Shown here one piece after another: positions 8,483 to 17,708 of a DNA stretch of 32,000 bases. The first letter of the stretch is position 1. Each line of letters opens with the position of its first letter. This stretch comes from Dickeya solani IPO 2222 (GTDB lineage: Bacteria; Pseudomonadota; Gammaproteobacteria; Enterobacterales; Enterobacteriaceae). A program made the translations under genes and the position numbers. The stretch spans positions 1,770,001 to 1,802,000 of the forward strand of contig NZ_CP015137.1 in the NCBI RefSeq assembly GCF_001644705.1, in the 5' to 3' direction. The notes beneath the pieces are model-generated. The model worked only from the letters and a program-made list of their open reading frames with translations, did no database searches and was not told the origin of the DNA.

Positions 8483-9270
8483 AGCCGACGCAGGTATTTT
8501 GGCACCGCCTGATCGATGTTGGTGCCAATCACCTCGTTGTCCGGCAGCATATCCTTCAGTCGCTGGTGGGCATTGCTCATGATGCAGCCTTTGCCCGCCA
8601 TCGACAGCATTTCATAGTCGTTCATACCGTCGCCGAAGGCGATGCAGTCCTTGATGGTATGGCCGAGGATTTTGGCGACCTGCTCCAGCGCGTGGCCTTT
8701 GGATACGCCGCCCGCCATCACTTCCAGACAGCTCAGGGTGGAGAAGCTGACGTTCACCCGGTCGCCCCAGCGCGCGTTAAGCGCTTCTTCCAGCGGCAGC
8801 AGCTTGTCGTGATCTTCACAGGTGAAAAACACTTTGCCGACGCCGTCGGTACCCAGCGTTTCCGGGTCGAACAGTTTGTAGCGGAACACCGACTCGGTAA
8901 AAAAGCGCTCTTCCTCGGGGCGGGAGCGGCACAGGAACCACTCGTCGCCGCGATAAACGTGGGTCATGATTTCCGGATGGTGATACACCATGCCGAACAG
9001 ATCGTGAGCGATATCGCGGTCCAGGTTGTGACTGAAAATCAGCTCGCCGTCGGTGTTATGCACCCGCGCGCCGTTAGACGTAATCATGTAGGCGCTGATC
9101 GCCAGATTATCGCGAATCTGCGCCACATCCATATGATGACGCCCGGTGGCGAACACAAAATGGACGCCCTGTTCCGTCATCAGACGCAGGGTTTCTTTGG
9201 CATAGGGTGACAGGGTGTGATCGGGTGACAACAGGGTGCCATCCAGATCGGAAGCAACAATCGGGTACAT
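8473..9270 (-). CDS. yigL: Cof-type HAD-IIB sugar/pyridoxal phosphatase YigL
   Basis: MYPIVASDLDGTLLSPDHTLSPYAKETL..FGDGMNDYEMLSMAGKGCIM.. is collinear with E. coli YigL (265 aa here). The 399-aa ORF-track version is an out-of-context upstream extension that overlaps pldB. Confidence 0.93.
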   Translation of the reverse strand: MYPIVASDLDGTLLSPDHTLSPYAKETLRLMTEQGVHFVFATGRHHMDVAQIRDNLAISAYMITSNGARVHNTDGELIFSHNLDRDIAHDLFGMVYHHPEIMTHVYRGDEWFLCRSRPEEERFFTESVFRYKLFDPETLGTDGVGKVFFTCEDHDKLLPLEEALNARWGDRVNVSFSTLSCLEVMAGGVSKGHALEQVAKILGHTIKDCIAFGDGMNDYEMLSMAGKGCIMSNAHQRLKDMLPDNEVIGTNIDQAVPKYLRRLYL

Positions 9271-9322
9271 ACGTTGAAATCCAACCTCCGCTGGTGCCGG
9301 GCGGCCTGGCCGCACAGACGTA

Positions 9323-10315
9323 TTAATGATAATCGTTGAAGTGTTGCAAAATTCGCCCGAAGGCCTCGGCCCGCATCGCATCCTTTTCCGACAGAATGTC
9401 GTGGCGGGCACCGCGGATGACGTAAGGACGACCACCCGCACACGGGTGACCGGCTGCCGCCAGCGCCTGACAAAAGGCATCCTGACAGCTATTGTCCACC
9501 ACCCGCTCCTCTTCCGCCTGCAACAGCAATAGCGGCGTTGCGATCGCCGGCGCCTGTTGCAGCAGTTGTGTTTCCACTTGCAGCGCCTCCCGTACCCAGT
9601 GATAAGTCGGGCCGCCGATGCGCAAATCCGGGTCATCGGCATAAAAACGCACGTGGCGACGGTAACGCGCATAGCTGTGGGTCAGCACATTGACCATAAA
9701 CGGCAACGGACGCCACTGGCTGGTGCCGATGGCGTAATAGTCTCGTATCGCCGGGTAACGCTCGGCCCAGTCCAGAATACGCCAGGCTAGCCAGCGCGGC
9801 ATCGGCAACTGAATGCCGCACATTGGCGCACAGAGCGCGACCGCATCGAACGCCAGCGGCTGGCGCGCCAGAAACTGCGCCATAATCGCGCCGCCCATCG
9901 AATGGGCCAGCGCAAACCGTTTGGTATAGCGCTCCGACGCCACGTACTGTTGCCACAGCGTCGCCACGTCGTCCACATAATCGCAAAAGCGGCGTACATG
10001 TCCCCGATGGCTGTCTTTCAGCAACCGGCCTGAGCGCCCTTGCCCGCGGTGATCCATCATCAGCACATCGTAGCCGCACTGAAACAGGTCGTAGGCCACC
10101 TCGGCATATTTCACGTAACTGTCGGTGCGGCCGGGCAACACCACCACCAGATGCTGATGCGACGGCGAGGTAAAGCGCACGAACCGGATCGGCACGTCAT
10201 CCACGCCGATGAACATCCCTTCCTGACGTTGTCGCCAGAAATCCAGCAACGGCCCGGTAGCGAATGCGGCGTACTGCCATTCCCTTGTCAGCAGGCACTC
10301 CGGATACGGATTCAT
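9323..10315 (-). CDS. pldB: Lysophospholipase L2
   Basis: MNPYPECLLTREWQYAAFATGPLLDFWRQR..HSMGG..LLLQAEEERVVDN.. aligns residue-for-residue with the N-terminus and body of E. coli PldB. GGGAGA lies 5 nt upstream of ATG 10315. Confidence 0.93.
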   Translation of the reverse strand: MNPYPECLLTREWQYAAFATGPLLDFWRQRQEGMFIGVDDVPIRFVRFTSPSHQHLVVVLPGRTDSYVKYAEVAYDLFQCGYDVLMMDHRGQGRSGRLLKDSHRGHVRRFCDYVDDVATLWQQYVASERYTKRFALAHSMGGAIMAQFLARQPLAFDAVALCAPMCGIQLPMPRWLAWRILDWAERYPAIRDYYAIGTSQWRPLPFMVNVLTHSYARYRRHVRFYADDPDLRIGGPTYHWVREALQVETQLLQQAPAIATPLLLLQAEEERVVDNSCQDAFCQALAAAGHPCAGGRPYVIRGARHDILSEKDAMRAEAFGRILQHFNDYH

Positions 10316-10428
10316 CAGGCTCTCCCGAGGTAAATCATGCCGTTTGGATTGATTTTTGTGAGCTATGGCACAAAGATAGGCATTGGCGTATTGTGGCATA
10401 AAAAACCGCAATCAGGGAGCATTCAGCC

Positions 10429-11049
10429 ATGACCCAGGACTGGTGGTTAACCTACCTCGTCACCACATTAATTCTCAGCCTGTCGCCCGGTTCCGGCGCC
10501 ATCAACACCATGAGCACCAGCATCAGCCACGGTTACCGCGGCGCAATAGCATCCATCGCCGGGCTGCAACTGGGCCTGGCTATCCACATCGTGCTGGTGG
10601 GGATCGGCCTGGGAGCATTGCTGTCTCAATCGGTACTGGCCTTCGACATGCTGAAATGGCTCGGCGCCGCTTACCTGATCTGGCTCGGCATCCAGCAATG
10701 GCGCAGCGCCGGTTCGCTGGACTTGCAGACGCTGGCTAACAGTATGCCGCGCCGCCGTTTGTTCAAACGGGCGATTTTGGTCAACCTGACCAACCCGAAA
10801 AGCATCGTATTTCTGGCCGCGCTGTTCCCGCAATTTATTATCCCGCATCAGCCCCAGGCGATGCAGTATCTGGTGCTCGGCGTCACCACCGTGGTGGTCG
10901 ACATCATCGTGATGATTGGCTACGCCACGCTGGCGCAGCGCATCGCGCTGTGGCTGAAAGGGCCGCGCCAGCTCAAACAGCTGAACCGGACCTTCGGTTC
11001 GCTGTTCATGCTGGTCGGCGCGCTGTTGGCGACGGCCCGCAAAGCCTGA
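10429..11049 (+). CDS. rhtB: Homoserine/homoserine-lactone efflux protein (LysE/RhtB family)
   Basis: The 206-aa product (..[43 protein letters not shown]..) is collinear with E. coli RhtB. Confidence 0.95.
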   Translation: MTQDWWLTYLVTTLILSLSPGSGAINTMSTSISHGYRGAIASIAGLQLGLAIHIVLVGIGLGALLSQSVLAFDMLKWLGAAYLIWLGIQQWRSAGSLDLQTLANSMPRRRLFKRAILVNLTNPKSIVFLAALFPQFIIPHQPQAMQYLVLGVTTVVVDIIVMIGYATLAQRIALWLKGPRQLKQLNRTFGSLFMLVGALLATARKA

Positions 11050-11088
11050 GCAACGGTTTCAGGCAAGATAAGCCAGGTTATTGGTTTG

Positions 11089-11122
11089 CAGACTCGTCGC
11101 CCGCACGGCGGCGGCGAGTCTG
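11089..11122. terminator. Hairpin between the convergent rhtB and rhtC genes (possible bidirectional terminator, no clear U tract)
   Basis: CAGACTCGTCGCC-N8-GGCGGCGAGTCTG forms a 13-bp stem with one U-G position. The flanks are not T-rich on either strand. Confidence 0.35.
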
Positions 11123-11138
11123 TTCCCGCCAGAGAAAA

Positions 11139-11762
11139 TTAACGTGAAATAATCAGGTGGATGCCGAACCCGGTGAACAGCGCGCCCGCCACACCGTCCA
11201 CCCATTTCGCCAGCCGCTGATAACCACGGCGCATCACCGGCAGGGCAAACACCAGCGCCACCAGGCTGAACCACAGCAACGTTTCCAGTGAAATCAGCGC
11301 GAACAATCCCCAGCGCGCCGCCGCACCCACGTCATCGCCGACAAACAACGAGAACACGCTACCGAAATAGATCAGCGCTTTGGGGTTGGACAGGTTAGTC
11401 AGGAAACCACGCATGAAAGTTTTGCCCTGCTGCGGCAACGCCACGTCGACAGTTTCCTCTCCCTGATGAGCACGCTTACGCAAAGCTGAACGCAGCATCT
11501 GCCAGCCCATCCAGCACAAATACAGACCGCCGCCGATCGTGACCAAACGATGCAGCCACGCCATGCGCTCCAGCAGCAGATGCAGCCCCATCAACGCGAT
11601 GGCGGCCCATACCAGCACGCCCAGCGTAATTCCCAAAACCCCCATCAGCGCTTCGCGGCGGGAGCGGCTGATTGCCGTCTGGGAAACAAAGAAAAAATCC
11701 GGCCCCGGGCTCATCAGCGCAATCAGATGCACCAGCGCCACCGTGAGAAACAGCATCAACAT
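11139..11762 (-). CDS. rhtC: Threonine efflux protein (LysE/RhtB family)
   Basis: MLMLFLTVALVHLIALMSPGPDFFFVSQTA.. matches the E. coli RhtC N-terminus exactly in register. The alternative ATG two codons upstream (11768) abuts the AGGA motif and is less likely. Confidence 0.92.
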   Translation of the reverse strand: MLMLFLTVALVHLIALMSPGPDFFFVSQTAISRSRREALMGVLGITLGVLVWAAIALMGLHLLLERMAWLHRLVTIGGGLYLCWMGWQMLRSALRKRAHQGEETVDVALPQQGKTFMRGFLTNLSNPKALIYFGSVFSLFVGDDVGAAARWGLFALISLETLLWFSLVALVFALPVMRRGYQRLAKWVDGVAGALFTGFGIHLIISR

Positions 11763-11811
11763 ATTCATTCCTTTTTTACGTTCCAGAGAAGGCGAAGACC
11801 CGGCCGGTAGA

Positions 11812-11964
11812 CTAAGAGCCTATCCCAGTAGGCGTTATTGGCGTAGCCAGTTTGGACTCGGACAGCGCGGAGAAACCAGAGCGTACACGTAGTACGTGAG
11901 GATTTCGAGCACTGCCCAGGGCCAAAATGGCAAGTGAAATAGCCCTAATGGGATGGGCTCTAAG
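11812..11964. repeat. ~153-bp imperfect palindromic intergenic element (MITE-like, ERIC/IRU class by architecture but not by sequence)
   Basis: The left end CTAAGAGCCTATCCCAGTAGG pairs with the reverse complement of the right end (CTTAGAGCCCATCCCATTAGG) at 18/21 positions. The arms remain partly complementary (e.g. GCCAGTTTGG vs GCCATTTTGG) down to a perfect central CACGTA-G-TACGTG at 11886-11898. The element ends 7 bp from the recQ stop. Confidence 0.55.
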
Positions 11965-11970
11965 CACGCC

Positions 11971-13800
11971 TCAGTCGTCGCCGTTATCCAAATGATCGCG
12001 GATCAACGTCATAAAGGGGGTGCCAAATCGCTCCAGTTTCCGCTGGCCGACGCCATTGACCGCCAGCAGTTCGCTGGCGGTGACCGGCAGCAGTTCGGCC
12101 ATTTCCAGCAGCGTGGCGTCGCTGAACACCACATACGGCGGAATGTTGTCTTCATCCGCGATGGATTTACGCAGTTTGCGCAATTTGGCGAACAGTTTGC
12201 GGTCGTAATTGCCGCCGTAGGTTTTCTGGCTGGCGCGCGGCTTGCTCAGGCTGATAACGCGCGGCACCGCCAGTTGCAACGGCACTTCGCCGCGCAGCAC
12301 CGGCCGGGCCGATTCGGTCAGTTGCAGAGCGGAGTGATGGGCAATGTTCTGCGCCAGCAACCCGAGGTGGATCAACTGACGCAAAATGCTGACCCACTGT
12401 TCCTGCGTTTTATCCTTACCCAGGCCGTACACCGGCAGTTTGTCGTGACCGAATTCGCGGATGCGCTGATTATTGGCGCCGCGCAGCACTTCGGCGATGT
12501 AACCGATGCCGAACCGTTGCCCGACGCGGTAGACGCAGGACAGCGCCTTCTGCGCATCCACCAGTCCGTCATAGCGCCGGGGCGGATCGAGGCAGACATC
12601 GCAGTTGCCGCACGCTTGTTGCCGGTTTTCGCCGAAATAGTTGAGCAACACCAGACGGCGGCAAGTCTGCGCTTCGGCAAACGCCCCCATCGCATTCAGT
12701 TTGTGCCGCTCGATATCCAGCTGCGCACCGGCCGGTTTTTCTTCCAGACAGCGGCGCAGCCAGGCCATGTCCGCCGGGTCATAGAACAGCGCCGCTTCGG
12801 CGGGCAGGCCATCGCGCCCGGCGCGGCCGGTTTCCTGATAGTAGGATTCGATATTACGCGGGATGTCGAAATGCACCACGAAGCGTACGTTAGGCTTGTT
12901 GATGCCCATGCCGAACGCCACGGTGGCGACCACCACCTGCAAATCGTCGCGCAGAAACGCCTCCTGCACCTGAGAGCGACGGTCGTTGTCCAGCCCGGCA
13001 TGATAGGCGCCGACGCTCAGCCCGCGGTTCTGCAACCGGGCGCACAGGTCTTCCACCTTGGCCCGGCTGTTGCAATACACGATGCCGCTCTTGCCGCGCT
13101 GCCCTTGTACAAACAGCCACAGTTGGTCGAGCGGTTTGAATTTTTCCACCAGCGTGTAACGGATATTGGGACGGTCGAAACTGCTGATATTGATCAGCGG
13201 GTCGCGCAAATCCAGCAGACGGGCGATATCCTGACGGGTGGTTTCATCGGCAGTCGCGGTCAGTGCCACAATCGGCAGGGCGGGAAACTGCTGTTTAATC
13301 TGCCCCAGCGCGCGATATTCCGGGCGAAAATCGTGCCCCCACTGGGAAATACAGTGCGCTTCATCGATAGCGATAAGCGTCGTGTTCCAGTGCGTCAGTT
13401 GCTCCAGAAACCCGTCGGTGGTGAGACGCTCCGGCGCAATGTACAGCAGCTTCAGTTCGCCGCGACGGCAGGCGCTGAAAACCGCCTGCTGCTGCTCACG
13501 GGTTTGGGTGGAATTGAGGCAAGCCGCTGCCACGCCATAAGCCTGCAGTTGGTCAACCTGATCCTTCATCAGGGAGATCAGCGGCGACAACACCAGCGTC
13601 AGCCCCTCCAGCACCAGCGCCGGGATCTGATAACACAGGGACTTGCCCCCGCCGGTCGGCATGATCACCAGGCAGTCGCGCCCACTGATGGCGGCATTGA
13701 TAATTGCCTGCTGACCCGGCCGGAATTGCTGGTAACCGAAGGTTTCACGCAGCACCTGCATTGCCAGCGTTTCTTTATTCAATACTTCTGCCGTAGACAC
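11971..13800 (-). CDS. recQ: ATP-dependent DNA helicase RecQ
   Basis: The 609-aa product has a GTG start and is collinear with E. coli RecQ (..[43 protein letters not shown].., followed by zinc-finger, RQC and HRDC regions). Confidence 0.97.
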   Translation of the reverse strand: MSTAEVLNKETLAMQVLRETFGYQQFRPGQQAIINAAISGRDCLVIMPTGGGKSLCYQIPALVLEGLTLVLSPLISLMKDQVDQLQAYGVAAACLNSTQTREQQQAVFSACRRGELKLLYIAPERLTTDGFLEQLTHWNTTLIAIDEAHCISQWGHDFRPEYRALGQIKQQFPALPIVALTATADETTRQDIARLLDLRDPLINISSFDRPNIRYTLVEKFKPLDQLWLFVQGQRGKSGIVYCNSRAKVEDLCARLQNRGLSVGAYHAGLDNDRRSQVQEAFLRDDLQVVVATVAFGMGINKPNVRFVVHFDIPRNIESYYQETGRAGRDGLPAEAALFYDPADMAWLRRCLEEKPAGAQLDIERHKLNAMGAFAEAQTCRRLVLLNYFGENRQQACGNCDVCLDPPRRYDGLVDAQKALSCVYRVGQRFGIGYIAEVLRGANNQRIREFGHDKLPVYGLGKDKTQEQWVSILRQLIHLGLLAQNIAHHSALQLTESARPVLRGEVPLQLAVPRVISLSKPRASQKTYGGNYDRKLFAKLRKLRKSIADEDNIPPYVVFSDATLLEMAELLPVTASELLAVNGVGQRKLERFGTPFMTLIRDHLDNGDD

Positions 13801-13834
13801 GCCTTCACCGATTTCACGTTATTCACCGCTTTTG

Positions 13835-13865
13835 AAAAAAGCAAACAGGCGCTATTTTCAGCGCC
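13835..13865 (-). terminator. Rho-independent terminator of pldA
   Basis: The minus strand reads GGCGCT-GAAAAT-AGCGCC followed by TGTTTGCTTTTTT. It lies only ~35 bp upstream of the recQ start. Confidence 0.75.
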
Positions 13866-13931
13866 GCTCGCCAAAACTGCAACGTCTGTTGCCGGGTTTT
13901 CTGCGACGGCCCGCAGTCTCGCCGGCCAGCA

Positions 13932-14801
13932 CTAGAACATATCATTGAGCGTCACACCAATGCCGTAGCGGGTCTGGCGGTGATTGTAGTCAATCAGCGA
14001 CTCGCCGTAACCACTGAATACTTTGGTGTAGAAACGGACATGATCGCTGATCGGATAGCTCCATCCCAGCTCGCCGCCGCCGTAACCGGTATTCCAGTTA
14101 TAACGTCCTTCGGCGCTGAAAATGCTGTCCCCCCAGTGGTAGCCGACCCGCACCCGATAATGGCCCATGTACCGGATGATGTCCGGGTTGTCATCTTCGC
14201 TGTCATGCAGGCGCAGCCAGGGTTTCACTTCCAACTGCCAGTTGCCGTTTTGCGCCATCAGACGGGCATAAACCCGGTTCCAGCTGCGCGAGGTCGGATC
14301 GGCGCGCCCGTTGGACTGATGATTGAACCCCATCTCCACGTCGCGCAGCGTCCAGCCGGCAAAACGATAATCGGTCGCCCAGCCAAGGAAGACCTGCGGT
14401 TCGTAGTTGGTTTCACGAAATGGGGTGGATTCGCTCTTGTTGGACATCTGCCACCAGGAACGCTGGGTATAGGAAGCGCCCAGCAGCGAGTTTTCCCCGG
14501 CAATGCCGCGCCACAGCGGAAAACCGAGGCTTAACTGGAAATTCACTTCATCTTTGCGAGCGTGATCGGCCCAGCTATAGCTGTCAATCGCCTGTTTATT
14601 GATGTTGCTGGTGTAGGTGTAAAGCAGGTAGTTGCTTTCATAAGGGTAAAGTATAAACGGCGTGTCATGCTTCTGCAGTAACCCGGCGATGATACTACCC
14701 GGTACGGCCGGAGCATCATGGATTTCCTGAACGCGGGCTTCCTGCGCCTGTGCCGTCGTCGCCAGCAGCAGCGCAACAGCCATCCCACCTGATTTATACA
14801 T
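13932..14801 (-). CDS. pldA: Outer-membrane phospholipase A (OMPLA)
   Basis: MYKSGGMAVALLLATTAQA/QEARVQEIHDAPAV.. has a signal peptide, and the 289-aa length equals E. coli PldA. GGGAGAAG RBS is present. I rejected the ORF-track extension to 14963. Confidence 0.95.
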   Translation of the reverse strand: MYKSGGMAVALLLATTAQAQEARVQEIHDAPAVPGSIIAGLLQKHDTPFILYPYESNYLLYTYTSNINKQAIDSYSWADHARKDEVNFQLSLGFPLWRGIAGENSLLGASYTQRSWWQMSNKSESTPFRETNYEPQVFLGWATDYRFAGWTLRDVEMGFNHQSNGRADPTSRSWNRVYARLMAQNGNWQLEVKPWLRLHDSEDDNPDIIRYMGHYRVRVGYHWGDSIFSAEGRYNWNTGYGGGELGWSYPISDHVRFYTKVFSGYGESLIDYNHRQTRYGIGVTLNDMF

Positions 14802-15023
14802 GCGCGTCTTCTCCCAAAGGAACATGATAGTAATGTGGATCGAATAACGAACTGAAATGATGGCGGATAGTGTACACAGGTCACCCGGTTCGCGCAGTTT
14901 TCCTGTTGTTATATCGACCAGCGGTAGCAAGAAAGCATAACGGCGCCTAAAATAACAATTCATTAACCCATGAATACATAAAAATTAACCACCTCCCCTG
15001 CAGGCGCGAAAAGAGGCTTACAC

Positions 15024-15494
15024 ATGCTTACTACACCGCTCACTCAGGACACGCTACGTCAGCGCGTCAGCGATATTTTTATTTATCAGATGCCATTCAA
15101 TCAGGAACTGGGACTCACGCTGGAGGCGTTCTCGCCGGATGCGGTTACGCTGAGTTTCCACCACCAGAACAAGCTGGTGGGCAACGCGTTGCAGCAGATC
15201 CTGCACGGCGGCGTGATCGCCGCGGGTCTGGACGTGGCGGCCGGACTGGTGTGCGTGGGCAGCGCGCTGCTGCGCCATGACACATTGAGCGAGCAGGAAC
15301 TTCACCAGCGGCTGTCGCGTATGGGCACCATCGACCTGCGGGTGGATTACCTGCGCCCCGGCCGCGGCGAACACTTTATCCTGACCAGCCAGCTGTTGCG
15401 CGGCGGCAATAAAATCGCCGTGGCGCGAGCCGAATTACATAACGAAAAACAGTCGCATATCGCCAGCGCCATCGCCACCTACATCGTTGGCTAA
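15024..15494 (+). CDS. yigI: Hotdog-fold acyl-CoA thioesterase (PaaI/4HBT family) YigI
   Basis: ..[40 protein letters not shown].. is collinear with E. coli YigI. AGAGG lies 7 nt upstream of the ATG. Confidence 0.9.
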   Translation: MLTTPLTQDTLRQRVSDIFIYQMPFNQELGLTLEAFSPDAVTLSFHHQNKLVGNALQQILHGGVIAAGLDVAAGLVCVGSALLRHDTLSEQELHQRLSRMGTIDLRVDYLRPGRGEHFILTSQLLRGGNKIAVARAELHNEKQSHIASAIATYIVG

Positions 15495-15595
15495 GGGGAA
15501 TATCAAACAGGGGTTATCGACACGCTGCGGCAAGACACCCGCGCCGTGGTCCGGTACACTGGATGCTCATCTGCGGTTTATCTGGTTTCTTATCA

Positions 15596-16516
15596 ATGAG
15601 TATGCCACAACACCGTCAGGGGGTGCTGTTCGCCCTCGGCGCTTATATCATCTGGGGAATCGCCCCGGTTTACTTCAAACAGCTCGCGCAAGTGCCGGCT
15701 GATGAAATTCTCAGCCACCGGATTATCTGGTCGTTCTTTTTCATGCTGTTGCTGCTGAGCCTCAGCCGTAAATGGGGTGTGGTGCGCAACGCCTGCCGTC
15801 GGCCGCGCCAGTTATTGCTGCTGGCGATCACCGCCATGCTGGTGGCCTGCAACTGGCTGATTTACATCTGGGCGGTCAACCATAACCATATGCTGGAAGC
15901 CAGCCTGGGCTACTTCATCAACCCGTTGGTCAGTGTACTGCTGGGGATGCTGTTTCTCGGGGAGCGGTTCCGCCCAACGCAATGGCTGGCGATGATGCTG
16001 GCCGTATGCGGCGTACTGGTGCAATTGTGGACGCTCGGCTCGCTACCGGTAATAGCGCTCACCCTGGCCTTTAGTTTCGGATTTTACGGCCTGCTGCGTA
16101 AAAAGATCGCTATCGACGGGCAGACCGGCATGTTGTTCGAAACCCTGTGGCTGCTGCCCGCCGCGCTGGTCTATCTGGGATGGCTGGCCGATTCCCCCAC
16201 CAGCCATCTCAATCAAAACCCGACATCGCTCAATCTGTTGCTGATGGCGGCCGGCATCGTCACAACCGTGCCGCTGCTGTTGTTTACCTCGGCCGCCATG
16301 CGTCTGCGGTTGTCTACGCTGGGCTTCTTCCAGTATCTGGCGCCGACGCTGACCTTCCTGCTGGCGGTGCTGGTCTACGGCGAAACCATCACGCCGGACC
16401 GGCTGGTCACCTTTGCGTTCATCTGGCTGGCGCTGGCCGTCTTCACGCTTGACGCGCTCTATACCCAGCGGCGGTTACGCCGTGCCAACCACAGCGTGGC
16501 GCGAGATGTAACGTGA
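15596..16516 (+). CDS. rarD: EamA/DMT-family transporter RarD
   Basis: MSMPQHRQGVLFALGAYIIWGIAPVYFK.. aligns in register with E. coli RarD MDAKQTRQGVLLALAAYFIWG... There is no obvious SD, so the start is chosen by homology (alternatives 15563 and 15602). Confidence 0.88.
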   Translation: MSMPQHRQGVLFALGAYIIWGIAPVYFKQLAQVPADEILSHRIIWSFFFMLLLLSLSRKWGVVRNACRRPRQLLLLAITAMLVACNWLIYIWAVNHNHMLEASLGYFINPLVSVLLGMLFLGERFRPTQWLAMMLAVCGVLVQLWTLGSLPVIALTLAFSFGFYGLLRKKIAIDGQTGMLFETLWLLPAALVYLGWLADSPTSHLNQNPTSLNLLLMAAGIVTTVPLLLFTSAAMRLRLSTLGFFQYLAPTLTFLLAVLVYGETITPDRLVTFAFIWLALAVFTLDALYTQRRLRRANHSVARDVT

Positions 16517-17533
16517 CAGAATTGGGCTGAAAATCAGGGTGGAGAACAGGCGCAGCGTCTGCATGGCGATAACGAACGCGATATCCACCCGGCTGCCGGC
16601 GGCGATAATGGCGATGGAGTCCAACCCGCCGGGGCTGGTCGCCAGATAGGCGGTCAGGATATCCACCGACAACAAATGCGTGATCATCAGCGCCATCCCG
16701 CCGCACAGCAGCATCAGCGTGACAATCGAGATCATCATTTTCGGCAGGGTGCGCAGCGCCAGTAGAAAAACGGGGCGGGTAAACGCCAGCCCGACGCTCC
16801 AGCCAATGAACGCATAGGCCAGTGCCAGCAGCCATTCCGGCGTCTGTAATGCCAGCGTGCCGGTAGAATGCAGCATGGAGCCGATGATCATCGGCCCCAG
16901 CAGTTGACCGGAGGGAATGCGCAGCCGCCGCCCAATCCAGGCGCCGCTAAACGCCACCGCCAGCGTGGCCGGGAAACGCCAATCCAGCGCGGGGAACCAG
17001 ACCAGCAGCGCGCTATTGGCTTGCGCGTCTTGTCCGAGGCTGGCACGCGCCACAAACGCCGCTGCCGCGGTCACCATCAGTACCCGCAGATACTGCATAA
17101 ACGCCACCAGCCGCACATCGGCGCCGAAATCCCCCGCCATCGCCACCATCGCCGACGCGCCGCCTGGAGACGCGCCCCAGGTGCCGGTGGTGCCCGGCAG
17201 CTCGCTGTAGCGCATCAGCAACCAGCCCGACAGTCCGCTGGCAACCAGCGTCGACAACAGGATAAACAGGACTAACGGCCACTCTTTTACCAGCGGCGTC
17301 AGGATGGACAGGGAGAGACTTTGCGCCACCAGACAGCCCAGCACGGCATTACTGGCGAAAAACAGCGGACGAGGAATACGGATAGTGGCGCCGTTCAGGC
17401 CCATCACCACCCCTACCAGCATCGGCCCCAGCAGCAACGCCGCCGGAACATGGTAAATCTGCAGACCAAACCCCAACACCAACGAAACCGCCAGCAGCAC
17501 GCACCATTGTGTCGACGCGGGAAACCTCTCCAT
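16475..17533 (-). CDS. AbrB-family (PF05145-type, AmoA-like) polytopic inner-membrane protein
   Basis: ..HVPAALLLGPM..SPGGASAMVAMAGDFGADVRLVAFMQYLRVL..AYLATSPGGLDSIAIIAAGS..AMQTLRLFS.. shows the duplicated motif pattern of E. coli AbrB (the aidB-regulator membrane protein). AGGTG lies 6 nt upstream of ATG 17533. The 3' end overlaps rarD by 42 bp. Confidence 0.85.
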   Translation of the reverse strand: MERFPASTQWCVLLAVSLVLGFGLQIYHVPAALLLGPMLVGVVMGLNGATIRIPRPLFFASNAVLGCLVAQSLSLSILTPLVKEWPLVLFILLSTLVASGLSGWLLMRYSELPGTTGTWGASPGGASAMVAMAGDFGADVRLVAFMQYLRVLMVTAAAAFVARASLGQDAQANSALLVWFPALDWRFPATLAVAFSGAWIGRRLRIPSGQLLGPMIIGSMLHSTGTLALQTPEWLLALAYAFIGWSVGLAFTRPVFLLALRTLPKMMISIVTLMLLCGGMALMITHLLSVDILTAYLATSPGGLDSIAIIAAGSRVDIAFVIAMQTLRLFSTLIFSPILSRYISRHAVVGTA

Positions 17534-17654
17534 GCACAGCACCTGTTACAACATCAAAGCAGAGAGGCGATTCTACCCCGGAAGCCCGTCAGACGGGCAT
17601 CTATCCGTGCGAAATCTGTCCGTTATCAAAAATTGCCGGGGAAATCGGGCCAGG

Positions 17655-17682
17655 GACTCGTCGGCCTTGCGGGCAACGAGTC
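17655..17682 (-). terminator. Hairpin downstream of corA (candidate terminator, no adjacent U tract)
   Basis: GACTCGT-N14-ACGAGTC lies 27 nt after the corA stop. A T5 run occurs ~25 nt further downstream on the minus strand. Confidence 0.3.
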
Positions 17683-17708
17683 GCCTGTCAGAGAAAAGGG
17701 CGTTGGCG

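Noticed and set aside
8473-9672. A 399-aa version of the yigL ORF extending upstream through the pldB 3' region.
   Set aside because: The extension is Cys/Arg-rich nonsense overlapping pldB in another frame. Homology to YigL begins at MYPIVASDLDGTLL (ATG 9270).
11812-11964. Calling the palindromic element ERIC/IRU outright.
   Set aside because: The ERIC core I remember (..GTGAATCCCCAGGAGCTTACAT / AAGTAAGTGACTGGGGTGAGCG..) is not present. Only the architecture is similar, so I kept it as an unclassified MITE-like repeat.
11953-13935. A 660-aa ORF on the plus strand. It is longer than recQ and spans the whole recQ locus plus both flanks.
   Set aside because: It is exactly antisense to a full-length, highly conserved recQ. 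Its product is low-complexity and rich in Q, R, A and G with no recognisable motif, and it has no RBS. Stop-free antisense frames are expected in GC-rich coding DNA.
13932-14963. N-terminally extended ORF-track versions of pldA (343 aa). The same applies to glpA (567 aa), glpC (422 aa), pldB (362 aa), corA (333 aa), dapF (290 aa), lptM (60 aa), rarD (317 aa) and hemC (326 aa).
   Set aside because: In each case an internal start restores the N-terminus and length of the E. coli orthologue and usually has a better RBS. The upstream residues have no homology.
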